Notes under the pieces: model-generated | What the model was told of the DNA's origin: nothing | Databases searched by the model: none | What the model saw: only the letters and a program-made list of their open reading frames with translations | Assembly (NCBI GenBank): GCA_946965045.2 | Contig: OX337237.1 | Location: 3,038,001 to 3,102,000 of the forward strand | Direction of reading: 5' to 3' | Length of the DNA: 64,000 nucleotides | From: Epithemia pelagica | Lineage: Eukaryota; Protista; Bacillariophyta | Part shown: one piece after another, positions 8,643-19,900 of the stretch | How positions within the stretch are numbered: the stretch's first letter is position 1 | Layout of the letters: the number at the start of each line of letters is the position of its first letter | Made by a program: the position numbers and the translations under genes

Positions 8643-11600
8643 GTAACAAGCCGTCAACACTAGAACAAAGAGGAGTTGAGACAAAATACAAGCCCGAGGT
8701 TTGTTCGATTTGTATGACCAGAAAAGTGGATTGCGAACTGTTTCTTTGTAGACATACATTTTGTCGGGAATGTGTTGGAGATTGGATGCAGCGGGGCCAC
8801 AAGACATGTATGGTGTGCAGCCAGGATATTCAAAGTCTATTGTACTTCTGTCCTATGACACGTTCTGTTCAAAGAACATATACTCATCCTTCTGAACACA
8901 AAGCAATCTATCAGTCAGCAGAGGGTGAGAAGCCTAAATACCAGCAATGGGGAGGAAATAACTCATCACGTTCCGTTGCAATGCCTGCGAATTGGGGTAA
9001 CCGGAGTGAGCTGCCTGAAGAAAGACATAGAACAGAGCCAACACAACATGATAACGAAAGAACCAAGGAAAAGAGAGAGAATCCACATGGGCTATGGGGA
9101 GGACGGAATCAGAACAACGTCCTGTCGACAGCTCGAAGCCCCAGAACAAATGAGTGGGGTTCGCAACCTGAACATGACAGGCCAGTGTATTGTCAGCATG
9201 GACAGAATCGATTCAATGATGATCATCCAGGATCGAGAGGATCTAATACAACGGATTATCATGGGTCTCGTCATTCACATTTCGATCAAGATAACCAACA
9301 AACTGGAAGAGGAGTCATTGAACGACAAGACCAACATGGATATCATGATAACCACCAAGACGAGTCTAGAGGGAGAAGAGATCAAATCATGGAAAACACT
9401 TACCGGGATAGAAAAAGAAGACATGATAATCAAAATCAATTGTCTAATCGACATCCGATGGATTGGAGGAGATTCTCTGGATACAACGAACATTCCAGAG
9501 AACATACAAGGCACCATTCGGTATATAGAGATAGCCACAATCAATGGTCTAATCGACATCCGATGGATTGGGAGAGATTCCCTGGATACAACGAACATTC
9601 CAGGCACCATTTGTCACTTAGAGACAGTCATCCTGGACACAACGATCATTCTAGGCGTACCCGTCAGAGAGAGCCTAACCGTCCCTCAACTGATAGAGGT
9701 AATAGTCAACCAAATCAATCACCTCGTAGAGAGAGAGAAAAGGACATTCATCACACTACAGAGAGTCGTGGAGGGCAGGATGGCCTATCCAAACTTGGTT
9801 GGAATTCCAAGGACAATCAGGAGAGGGATGATTGGAACAGACAGAGCGGTCAGAAAGCAACCTCCAGTCACCAAGATGAATGTGGACAAGAAGAAGAGAT
9901 ACAAAGCAGAGATGGCAACGGTTCTACAGACAAACAAAAGGGCAAGGACTGTGGCAGGCAAGAGATTGTTGCTTACGAACAACACGGAAATTCAGGAGAT
10001 AACGGGTCTAAGAATGCCAACAACACACCTGACAGTGATAATCCGTCTAGCTGTCACAATGACAGTGTCAACCAAGATGATGCGACACAAACCAAAGAAG
10101 GAAAGGATAGTACCGACAAACAAAATGGTAGCAGCAAGAACAACGATGACCAAATGACAAAAAACGACCATAACAAGGGAAGTAGCATCAACACGACAGC
10201 ACAAACGGATCAGCGCATACAAGACTAACAAGGTACGAAGGAGATTCACGAGTCTGCAATACACGGTAATCATGACGATACTGACGAACAGAATACTTCA
10301 CCGGAAAGGAAAAGAAAAGGATGTAAGAACATTGGTTCATCCAGGGGACTACCCACGAACAAGCAACGACGACAAGAGGGCCTATCGAAGTTGACACTAA
10401 CACATGAAACGATGAAGAAGTATAAGAGACGACAGGCTGAGAAACCTAGCCATTTGACGACAAAATTCTCCAAACCAAATGAATCCGATCATACAGAAAT
10501 GTGTTTTTTTGGAATTCCTGACATGGACAAGGTAGCAAAAAGACTACGCGACTTACTATCACTCTGTCTCAGTAGCAATGATGATCGGAGAATGTTCGGT
10601 ATCTGCTATACAAAGGTTCTGAAAGACTACGACATCACACCAACAGACCTCCAGACAATCATGGGAAAATTACCTAACATGTACGAACAAATGAAAGACA
10701 TGGTTGGTGAAGTGACGGAAGATCCAGCAAGCCATTGTTGTTTCGAAGACAACAAGCTTCATGTGACAGAATGTGACCCGAAGTTCTTAACGACCCGGTC
10801 TCCATGTGCCTTCTTGGTAGAATGTGTACTGAATCGCTGTCAACGACATAAGGGACATCGGAAATACCCCAAAACCGTGTGGTCTGCGTTTGACGATACA
10901 ATCTTCCATTGTCGCACATCCAAGAAAAACTGTGATGATTGTATGGACCATATTTTCCATGACGTGATCGTTATCATCCCTTTGGCCGGTATTTTTTATA
11001 CTTCGGCAATGATAATGAATACTGGGTATGCAACATCGGAATGCACTTCATCTTTGGTAGCACTACCTATATCCTGGCTGCGCTTACGACATTCCGACGG
11101 CCAACCGAGTGGTGGGGCATTCCTCAAAAAGGTTGTCAAGTGTTGGTGTATTGATTGGACATTAAGTGCAAAGAGAGTTGTCCATGAATGCTACCAAGCG
11201 TCTGATGTCGAAAGTGGTTCTCCGCTTTGGGCCCCTGATCATTATACAAATGAAAAGTCCAGACCAGAAATGACACCAAATGACCAACATTCTCTTAGAG
11301 TATGGTATCGTGAAACACTGCTGAATAAAGCCAGTGCTAACAAGACTGGATGCCGAAAGTACGTCCGTGGAGCATTGTATAGAAACCTGTCCCCTCCGCC
11401 TGATACTTCGGTCCGTCCGCTCCTGTTTGATGTAAGGGAATCCGGAGAAGATACAACATTCATTGTTCGGACACGTGGGTACGCGGGTAAAAACAAAACC
11501 ATCAGCCATGTCAAAGTGACAACACTTCAACAAAATGACAAAAACCTACTTTCATTGTTACACAAGAGGTCATGTCACTTCGCACAGAGTGGTACACTAG

Positions 11601-12199
11601 AGAGATCAGCCAATGCAAGGTGTAACCATGGTGATATGGGGACCATGACATCTGTTGGTGTGTGCACAAAAACGGGTGGCAGAAGTACATTCTTTTCTGA
11701 CAAACTTTTCAAAATATCTCCGAACATGATGAATATATTGCCAAAAATCTGTGGAGGTGTCCGGCGATTCTGTGAGAGGAAATTCCCTGGTGTGTTATCG
11801 GCTTTCAGACACCTGGAAACAAACTTCGGTTTGGATATCCCAAACGAATTGGGAGGAAACGAAAGGGGTGTGTTATCATCCTTCATTTTGAGTTGCGATT
11901 TGATGAATGCAAGCCACTATGATATTCATGACGCATCAGTGTCCTTTACAATCTGGACAGAAACCAACCCGGGCAGCACCAACGATTGGTATTTCGTCCT
12001 TCCCAATGTCCTTATAAAGCATAAGGACAAGACTTATCATGGGCTTTGTATCCGGTTATTCCATGGCATTGCGATCGCATGGGACGGGAGAATCATCAGA
12101 CATGGAACATCTGTCCATACACACTCCATACCACCGAAAGACAAGAATGTGGGAAATCATACAATTGGTTGGTTTTTAGCACAAATGCAAGATCTTTGA
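8633..12199 (+). CDS. Cargo gene A, 3' part: RING-HC, His/Arg/Asn/Gln-rich linker, C-terminal TET/JBP-family dioxygenase; one in-frame TAA at 10226-10228
   Basis: C3HC4 RING CSIC...CRHTFCREC...CMVC (8702-8818). ORFs 8639 and 10391 share a frame and only one TAA separates them. TET/JBP motifs: ARCNHGDMGTMTSVG, N-A-S-H-Y-D (HxD at 11915-11923), FVLPN, WDGRIIRHGT (distal His 12101). Confidence 0.75.
9436..9605 (+). repeat. 105-bp internal coding duplication (SNRHPMDW..F.GYNEHSR x2)
   Basis: TCTAATCGACATCCGATGGATTGG at 9443 and 9548. Confidence 0.85.
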
Positions 12200-12344
12200 G
12201 TGCAACCGTAACACAAAACGAAGATGACAATTCTCATGAAATTGGAGGCTTGGCGTCGGGCCAGAAATCTAGTGACGAATAGAGATTTCTAATATACAAG
12301 ACCATGTCCACTTATCAGCAAAACCACTACCTACCATCAATCAA

Positions 12345-12787
12345 TGCCAATGATACCCCAAGGGTCTCTACGAAAATTTGGAGCGATTCAAGTTCTTGAA
12401 GAATGTCTTTGCTCCATGTCCATAGAATTTTGGGACGACGGCAACACCACACCGGTAGGGTCTATTGCAAGTTTTTTGGTTGATGATAGACAAGTTCAGA
12501 GCCTTTACTGTCCATGCCTATGATACCCCAAGGGTCTCTATGAAAATTTGGACCCATTCGAGTTCTAGAAGCATGTCATTGTTCCATGTCCATGGAATTT
12601 TGGGACAACAGCAAAGCCACACCGATAGGGTCTATTGCACGACTTTTGGTTGAGGATAGACAAATTCAGAGCCTTTACTGTCCATGCCTATGATACCCCA
12701 AGGGTCTCTACGAAAATTTGGAGCCATTCAAGTTCTTGAAGAATGTCTTTGCTCCATGTCCATGGAATTTTGGACGACGGCAACGCT
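12345..12787 (+). repeat. 170-bp tandem repeat, ~2.6 units, non-coding
   Basis: TGATACCCCAAGGGTCTCTA at 12351, 12521 and 12691. Confidence 0.9.
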
Positions 12788-12924
12788 ACCAGATTCAGGA
12801 AGTATGGAATAGAAGTTGATTTAGATTACAAATACGTTGTACCCAAGATGTGATGATAAAGGATGATGAGATATGGGTGTTGTTGTTGATTAGAAAATGG
12901 GCTTTTTGTCTTGAAATGGTGCCA

Positions 12925-14190
12925 TCATTCGTTCTTATCATTGTTTGATTCAATCTGTTCAATACACGCCTTGTAACAGGTCTTAAACACGAACATGTAA
13001 TTATAAAAGCCTCCTGTGGGTGGGCAAGAGAGTAACCACTTCGACCACGATGCTTGCTTCCAGTCATTGTAGAACGGGGATTGGTCATACCGTGACATAT
13101 AATGGACATGCCCCGCGTCGGCCTTCCAAGCATCCGTGATCGACTGTTGAATCAAGACGCGCATTCTCTGGGGAATGTCTGGTGTATACCGCGAAGGGTC
13201 GTATTCCGGATATTGTCTCTGAGTATGTAGAGCATGCCTCACCAGCAAACAGAAGCGCCAGACAAAGTACTTGTTTGGTGTCGCGAAACATGATCGGCCT
13301 TTCCAACACCCACTTAATCCTTTCGGACAAAGGCAACACTTACAGATGTCAGGTAGATTGGTAATGGATTGCCTAAAAGAGGTTATCTGGTTTGTGTTAT
13401 CAGATAATAGCTCAATCGCATCAGATTCCCATTTTGCTTTGCTATGATACAAATGCGATCGACACTGATAATCATCTGCCCTGTTTGGACAGAAATTTTG
13501 ATGGACCCCACACCCATAACAACAAGTGCCACAGTGTGACTCTACCTTGCCAAATTTATGATACGGATCCTTTCCCATTATAAGACAAAAGGGACACATG
13601 GTTTTAGGTGATTCTCCATCATTCAAACTTGCCATATGACCGAGGAATTCGTCAAAAATCTTCTTTTGACTGTTTGGGTGCGAGTGTAACACTGGATCTT
13701 GGATATCAATCCTTGCTGTTTGGTCAGTTCCATGCACCATTTTCTTAGCAAGTTGTTTTCGAGGTGGTCGATGTCTGGTCAATACTGTTTTGTAAGCCAA
13801 AGTCTTTGTCCGATACTTAGAAACAAAGGTACCAGACGACGTCGATTTAAAGGTTATCGTCTTCACTTTGCGCGGTGGGTTCCTTCGAGGGTTTGTTGAT
13901 TCGCTTGAGTTGGGGTTGGATCCATCTTCTCCACGCTTCAAGAACGCATCCGATTTGGTTGATTTTGTCTTGTGACCGAACACGACGGTTGTTATATCAC
14001 TTAGATGATCCGCATCATCGGAGTCACTCTCTACCTTGGACGCTGCTTTTGCTACTCCATGGAAATCATCAAAAACTTCAGGTACACCAGAGGAGTTCTG
14101 GCTTTCAATACTCGAGTTATCGCTTTCATTGTTCATATTTGCAAGTATGACCATACCTCGGATGACTGTTTTTGGCACTGTTATGTCCAA
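12925..14190 (-). CDS. Cys-rich cargo protein 1 (unknown family)
   Basis: 421-aa ORF; CPFC...H...CGTCCYGCG...CP, NKYFVWRFC, WSKWLLS, FYNYMFVFKTCY shared with two neighbours. Start codon uncertain. Confidence 0.75.
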   Translation of the reverse strand: MDITVPKTVIRGMVILANMNNESDNSSIESQNSSGVPEVFDDFHGVAKAASKVESDSDDADHLSDITTVVFGHKTKSTKSDAFLKRGEDGSNPNSSESTNPRRNPPRKVKTITFKSTSSGTFVSKYRTKTLAYKTVLTRHRPPRKQLAKKMVHGTDQTARIDIQDPVLHSHPNSQKKIFDEFLGHMASLNDGESPKTMCPFCLIMGKDPYHKFGKVESHCGTCCYGCGVHQNFCPNRADDYQCRSHLYHSKAKWESDAIELLSDNTNQITSFRQSITNLPDICKCCLCPKGLSGCWKGRSCFATPNKYFVWRFCLLVRHALHTQRQYPEYDPSRYTPDIPQRMRVLIQQSITDAWKADAGHVHYMSRYDQSPFYNDWKQASWSKWLLSCPPTGGFYNYMFVFKTCYKACIEQIESNNDKNE

Positions 14191-14468
14191 TGTGCGATTG
14201 AAATGTGGTTACGTCAGCCCATTGAGTGAAACGCGACCATGTTGGGAATGATTACACTTATCCTCACAGTATGTGGTAATACTCACAGTGAATAGTATAG
14301 TGTGACGATATCTGTACACAAACGCGACCGATCGGTTATCCGTGGATCTATTTTCAATACAGCTCTCGTTCATATGACAGCAGAGGTTTCATAAAAATCC
14401 AAAGAAGAAGCAACAAGGACAGGTATTTGCATTCATAGCGAAACGAAGAGAAGGAGACTACAAACAGA

Positions 14469-15410
14469 ATGGCTGACAATCCGGAGGACCAACCGGAGGA
14501 TGAATCGGGTGACGAATCGGAGGAAGAAGATTTTTATGTTCGGGAACGTAGACGACGACGAGAAATGCGGGCGATCGACGACAGGAACTTGGAAGTGAAT
14601 GATCGGCCTTGTTACAGGGACGCTGGGAGGATCTTTTTTGATTACGATAATGAAGAAGAAGATGTACCATAAGTCATAGAACAACTCAGAGAAGAGCTGC
14701 GTGTCGGTCATGAAATCCAGACTGAATTCAAACGGTTGGCGGACGAAATGCTTAGAGGTGAGAAACTCTGTCCATACTGTGTTATCCTTGGTCGTCCCAC
14801 ACCACATCACCAGTGCAATCATGGAAATACTACAGTGGTAACACGTGCGGCATATCTCAATTATTTGGTTATCTGGCAGCAGAATTTTTTGATGCGTTGT
14901 AACTTATGTCACCGCCACAGGCATCCAACATTTCATTGTCAGGTGTGTAGGGAATGTTTCCGAATTCCCGAACGCTCAATACCTTTTGGGATTCCACAAC
15001 ACGATTTGGATTCATGCAGTGTCTGTGCGGAATCTGAGAACAAGCACTTCGTGTGGCAGTTCTGTATGCTCATACGCCATATTGTGGCGCGTACCTTTCA
15101 AAGAACATCATCGTACGATGGTGTGAACTTTCCCCGTCAAATCACCTGGCTAATGTTTACTATTGTCCGCAGCGTTTGGCTTGAGGAATTGCGATCCCGT
15201 TTCTATTTTGATGATAACGATTGTGCCCCATACGATTATGCCCGAGCATCTGATAAAACATGGGCAGTATGGTTGCTTTCGTTGCCTCATTCTACGGCTG
15301 GTTTTCGCAACTACATGCCACTCTTTGTCAGGTGCTTCCGTAATTGTCTCGAAAGAATGGCTGAGACGGCGGAGTTGGAACGTGGAAATATGGATGGTAA
15401 TGATCATTGA
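14469..15410 (+). CDS. Cys-rich cargo protein 2 (acidic N-terminus; one in-frame TAA at 14670-14672)
   Basis: ORFs 14469 and 14736 are in the same frame, with one TAA and 21 sense codons between them; CPYC, NKHFVWQFC, WAVWLLS, FRNYMPLFVRCF. Confidence 0.7.
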
Positions 15411-15641
15411 CATATATTATGAATCCTGTTATCTGTTCCCAGTTTGCCTTTCGAAGAAGTCGAGTCTTTGTTTGATACATGCCACTCTTTGTCAGGTGCT
15501 TCCGTAATTGTCTCGAAAGAATGGCTGAGACGGCGGAGTTGGAACGTGGAAATATGGATGGTAATGGTCATTGACATATATTATAAATCTTGTTATCTGT
15601 TCCCAGTTTGCCTTTCGAAGAAGTCGAGTCTTTGTTTAATA
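15312..15641 (+). repeat. 164-bp tandem duplication between two convergent genes
   Basis: TACATGCCACTCTTTGTCAGG at 15312 and 15476; duplicates the last ~32 codons and 3' flank of Cys-rich protein 2. Confidence 0.9.
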
Positions 15642-16712
15642 CAATGGTTTCGATGAAGACATCAAGGCTGTGTAACAATGACGGAAGAATGGCATGTAAT
15701 TGTAGTATCGACCGAAAGACATGGAGACAAGCCATTTAGAACAGGAGTCTTGGTCCAGAACATGACAAAATGGAGATGTGTACTGAGAAGACTCCATCGG
15801 ATCTCGCAGTTTGTTGTACATCAACTCTGTTGCGTTTTTGATAATATCCTGTGCATGTTTGGGAATCGTGCCTGGTCCTTTGCAATTGGGCTTCAATTGT
15901 GCGCACACCAACGCCCGTCCAGCAATATGACAGAATCGCCAGACGAAGTACTTGTTGCAAGAGTTCCAACAACCATGCGAGAAGACGCATTCTGAATAAG
16001 AATTGCATGGCCTTAAGCAAGACTTACACACCAATGGAACCTTGTTTATGTCTGATTCTTCGCATGTGATATTCATCGAATCATGGATATACAGGGCTTC
16101 GGTGCAACAACGTTCATTCCCACCTGAATCACATCCGTTCATGGGCACTCCACAACCATAACAACAATCGGCACATGAGATAGATTTACCGAAGCGATGC
16201 CAACATTTTCCTGTAAGTCTACGATCTGTTGAAAGGTTGTCGGTTACAAAACACCAAGGACAGACTGGCTCTGGGGGAACATCATTGGATCCATAGATTT
16301 TATTGACAAGCTCAGTGAACCGAATAACTTCGAGATGCAGCTTATCTCGGTTTGCTCTTGGTTTACACATCGGAGGAGAGTCACGTAATAGCAAGATTGG
16401 AATAGTAGATGGATCGGCAACCTTGAGCTTCTTCTTATATGGGTTTGGGATCAACTGATACAATGGGCGCTTGATTGGTGGAGGTTTCTTCTCCTCTTCT
16501 TCCTTGGTATCAAGCTTAGAAGAAGGAAGTGGATGACATTTGGTTTTCGGGGTTGGAGAGTGCGTTTTGACCATGGGGGTCCCTATTTCCTCTAGCTCAT
16601 ATGGGTTGATCATCATTTCTTCATTAGATGGAGGTATCTTTGTGACTGGAAAGTTTGGTTTGACCACCAAGGGTGGAACTGTTTTCTTCCTCGATTTGTA
16701 TGGGTTGATCAT
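15636..16712 (-). CDS. Cys-rich cargo protein 3 (Pro/Lys-rich N-terminus with NPY x3)
   Basis: 358-aa ATG ORF; CPWC, CADCCYGCGVP...C, NKYFVWRFC, CSKWLVS, YYNYMPFFRHCY. Confidence 0.78.
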   Translation of the reverse strand: MINPYKSRKKTVPPLVVKPNFPVTKIPPSNEEMMINPYELEEIGTPMVKTHSPTPKTKCHPLPSSKLDTKEEEEKKPPPIKRPLYQLIPNPYKKKLKVADPSTIPILLLRDSPPMCKPRANRDKLHLEVIRFTELVNKIYGSNDVPPEPVCPWCFVTDNLSTDRRLTGKCWHRFGKSISCADCCYGCGVPMNGCDSGGNERCCTEALYIHDSMNITCEESDINKVPLVCKSCLRPCNSYSECVFSHGCWNSCNKYFVWRFCHIAGRALVCAQLKPNCKGPGTIPKHAQDIIKNATELMYNKLRDPMESSQYTSPFCHVLDQDSCSKWLVSMSFGRYYNYMPFFRHCYTALMSSSKPLY

Positions 16713-16908
16713 TGTTTGAAGAGGAGTAGAATAGCCTAACTGACTGAAGACTGAGGATGACTTTTGGAAAACGATGGAAAGTATCTACTATTTCATCCAA
16801 TTTGTGTGTGACACTCTGAGTTGAATTGGTCGGCTCGCGTACGGTTGGGGGGGGAGATTAGGAGGGGAGTGCTGGTATGTGACAACCCCCCATAGAGGCA
16901 AATTATGA

Positions 16909-19900
16909 TCATGAGGTCGAATTGCTGACGGATTGTTTCAATCTTTCTTTCATTTCATTACAGCGTTTCTCGAGATTGTCACGGGCACTTTCATTGAATT
17001 CGGAAGCCCATTCTTTGATGTTGCGCACGGCCCAGACATTGTCACTAAAGTTTCTCAAATTACGACTGTCTTCTTGGAGCAAATCTTTTTCAAGTGAAGA
17101 ATGGAAATATACTGGGATAGAATCACGGTCTTGAATCATTTCTGGGTTCTTATTCACTACACCAACAACCTCAACAATATTCCGGAGTGGAACCATGACA
17201 ATTTCAGCTATTCGATGTAGGTCAAAACGCTTCCGCCATTTTTGAAAGAGAACGGATGATTTCTCGATATCAGCTGCACTCCGTACATATGTCGTTCGGA
17301 GAAGGACATGGGTCATCTCGGGTGAAGTTGTAGGTTGACATACCGGTGATGGTTGTATTTGTATGGGGTTTGTTCGAGGAATGGGTATTTGAATGAAGCA
17401 TATCGTTTGACATAGGATGGTATCAAATTCTCCGAGAGGTTGGTTGTATACCTCGTCAAGAGGTTTCCTTTTTTTCTTTGGAACTTTAGCCATCACCCAA
17501 TCTCTCCATGGCCCCTCGCTTTGATAATTCGGATGAGCCCGTATATTTCCTATCTTGGGGTCTTCGAACTTAAGTTCTGTGCTCCCGAACAATTCCACTG
17601 TGGTTGAAATCTCATTTGTTGGATCATCACTCATCCCGTCTATATGATGAAAAAAGCGTTTGTAATGTAATCGAAAGAAGTGATTACAAAACGGTGGCAA
17701 TGTCATGTCATGATTTGTTTTGGAATGGAATTCGATATTCACTGATACCACATCCTCCTCGTGTGGTGCTGCTGTCAATCGCCTGTGTACACTACTCGTC
17801 TGGTTTCGGTTTGTTCCGTCTTGTTCTTTTCTGGTCGTGCCTGGAACTTGAATCGACATACCCAATGGAGACGGAAGATCCTTGTCTATTTCATTTGATG
17901 ACTGGTCTTGATTATCACCAGAAGTATGTACGTTAGTGTGAGGTACTGGCATAAAACGTTTTTCTCTGGTCATGGATACTACTATGACCGTTCCACGGCT
18001 ATTTGAGGTTGATGTGGTAGGGAGTTGGTTTTGGGATCCCTTTTTTCTCCTTGTTTCATAAGGCGACTTCCCTTCCTGGAGAAAGGTGACATGATCTTCT
18101 TCAAGACCTGTTGCTTCCTGCAGCATTTCCAAGCTTTGCATCCACCAGATATTTTCTGCAAGTTGCGACTCAAAAATTCCTTTTCCACGTTTCTGTACCG
18201 TTTTTGCATTCAATTTCACAATTTCCTTATGATTACTTTCCTCTGACTCCACATCAAGCAGTTGTGCTGGTCCAAAATTCTGAATCTGTTGTATAATGTG
18301 TATGAGATTGTGGAATTTTGGTATCATCCACCCGTTGGACATCAATTTGCCTTTTTTATCGAGCCTGGGTGCATATCTCCTGATGCCATCCATCAAAATC
18401 CGCACTGATTCGAGAGACTTGGATGCTGTTGTTTGTCCTTCTTGTGAGTCTGGGTCTGTTTCCCAGAATGTATCCATACAAATCCAGCTGTTGAAACACA
18501 AAAGAGTCTCGAATAGATGCAGGAAGTCTATGTATGGTTCCTGCTCATCAACATCCCAGATAGACCTGTAAGCAACTGGGTCATCATCAAAAACAGTTTC
18601 AGCTGTGATATCAATGTCAGCACTATCATCATCATCAAGACGTGTACGTTCGTACTCTTCATCTGGTGGAGTATCATCCTCATTGTCAGCAATAGGTTCA
18701 CTTGTCTCTTGCACTTGGTCCACATCCGATTGACATGTCTTGTTGGTGGTCTTAGATGTTTGCTTTGCTTGTCGTTTTTTCCATTCCGCAACCACCTTGT
18801 TCCATTTCTTTGCCATATTCTTCGCAAATATAAGGCAACCTCTGGCAGTGGCACATAGAGCTGCTGAAGCAAACATGATCCCAACCCACTCATTGGCAGT
18901 TACTTTTGAAAGGTTACTGATCCCGGTCGAGAATGATGTTCCGGGATATCCAAGTTTCGATGAATACGAGAATACAGTCTGTCTACTTGCCCGAAAGATT
19001 GAATTGTAGACATAATCAAACATGGCCCGTTCAGTTTTTGTCATCAAAGTGAAAAAGTCAATCATGATGTATCTCATTATCCCAGATTTCAATGTATGAA
19101 GAACGTCACAAGTACTGGCCGAGAAAATCCCATGTTCAGAATTGGTTCCTTCACCCAGGTAAACCTTGGAAAAACAAAGATCGACTGCATATTGTCCCAT
19201 GTCATGCAATTGGGTTTTTGCAGCTGACACAAGGGTATTGACCCCTCCATCTCTGCTATCTTCTTGACTTACTTGCGATGTGCTCAAACAGTTAGGAACA
19301 GTCAAAGTCGAAAATGTATCATTGTCTCTCTCTTGGTAATCAACATCCTGTTCGGTCAGTTTTTCTCGATTTTCATTAAGACCCAATGCATTCAAGCACA
19401 TTTTGTATGTACTTGCAGCGTTGATATAAGAACATTCATGCCATGGGTATCTGCTATCCCTTGGTTTAATGTTGCAACACCATGATAGTCTTCCAACACT
19501 TGGATGATGCGAGGCATACCGACCTGCAAGGTTATCCTGAGACTTCCCGTCTCCTTTGACAACAATCATTGGCAATATCAAACGGACAACTTTGATAATC
19601 CCATGGAGGCGTAGTTTCATCCATAAACCTTCCTGTTTTTGGATACTGACAAGACCTTCGAGGATCTTAGTCAATTGAGCATGATAATTTCGGCAAGGAG
19701 TCCCTTTATCGAGGATATGTTTTGCCGCCGATGATTTTCTTTCCATGTCTGTAATAGTCCCAAGGATGATCTGTCGCCTTGCTTTCCTCATTTGTGTTTC
19801 CGTTAGAAAAGATGGCACCATTACAACAGGCTCCGATGTATATCTTCCATCCCCTGTTGCATGTCTTTTGTCCATATAACAGACAAGACCAACCACGAAG

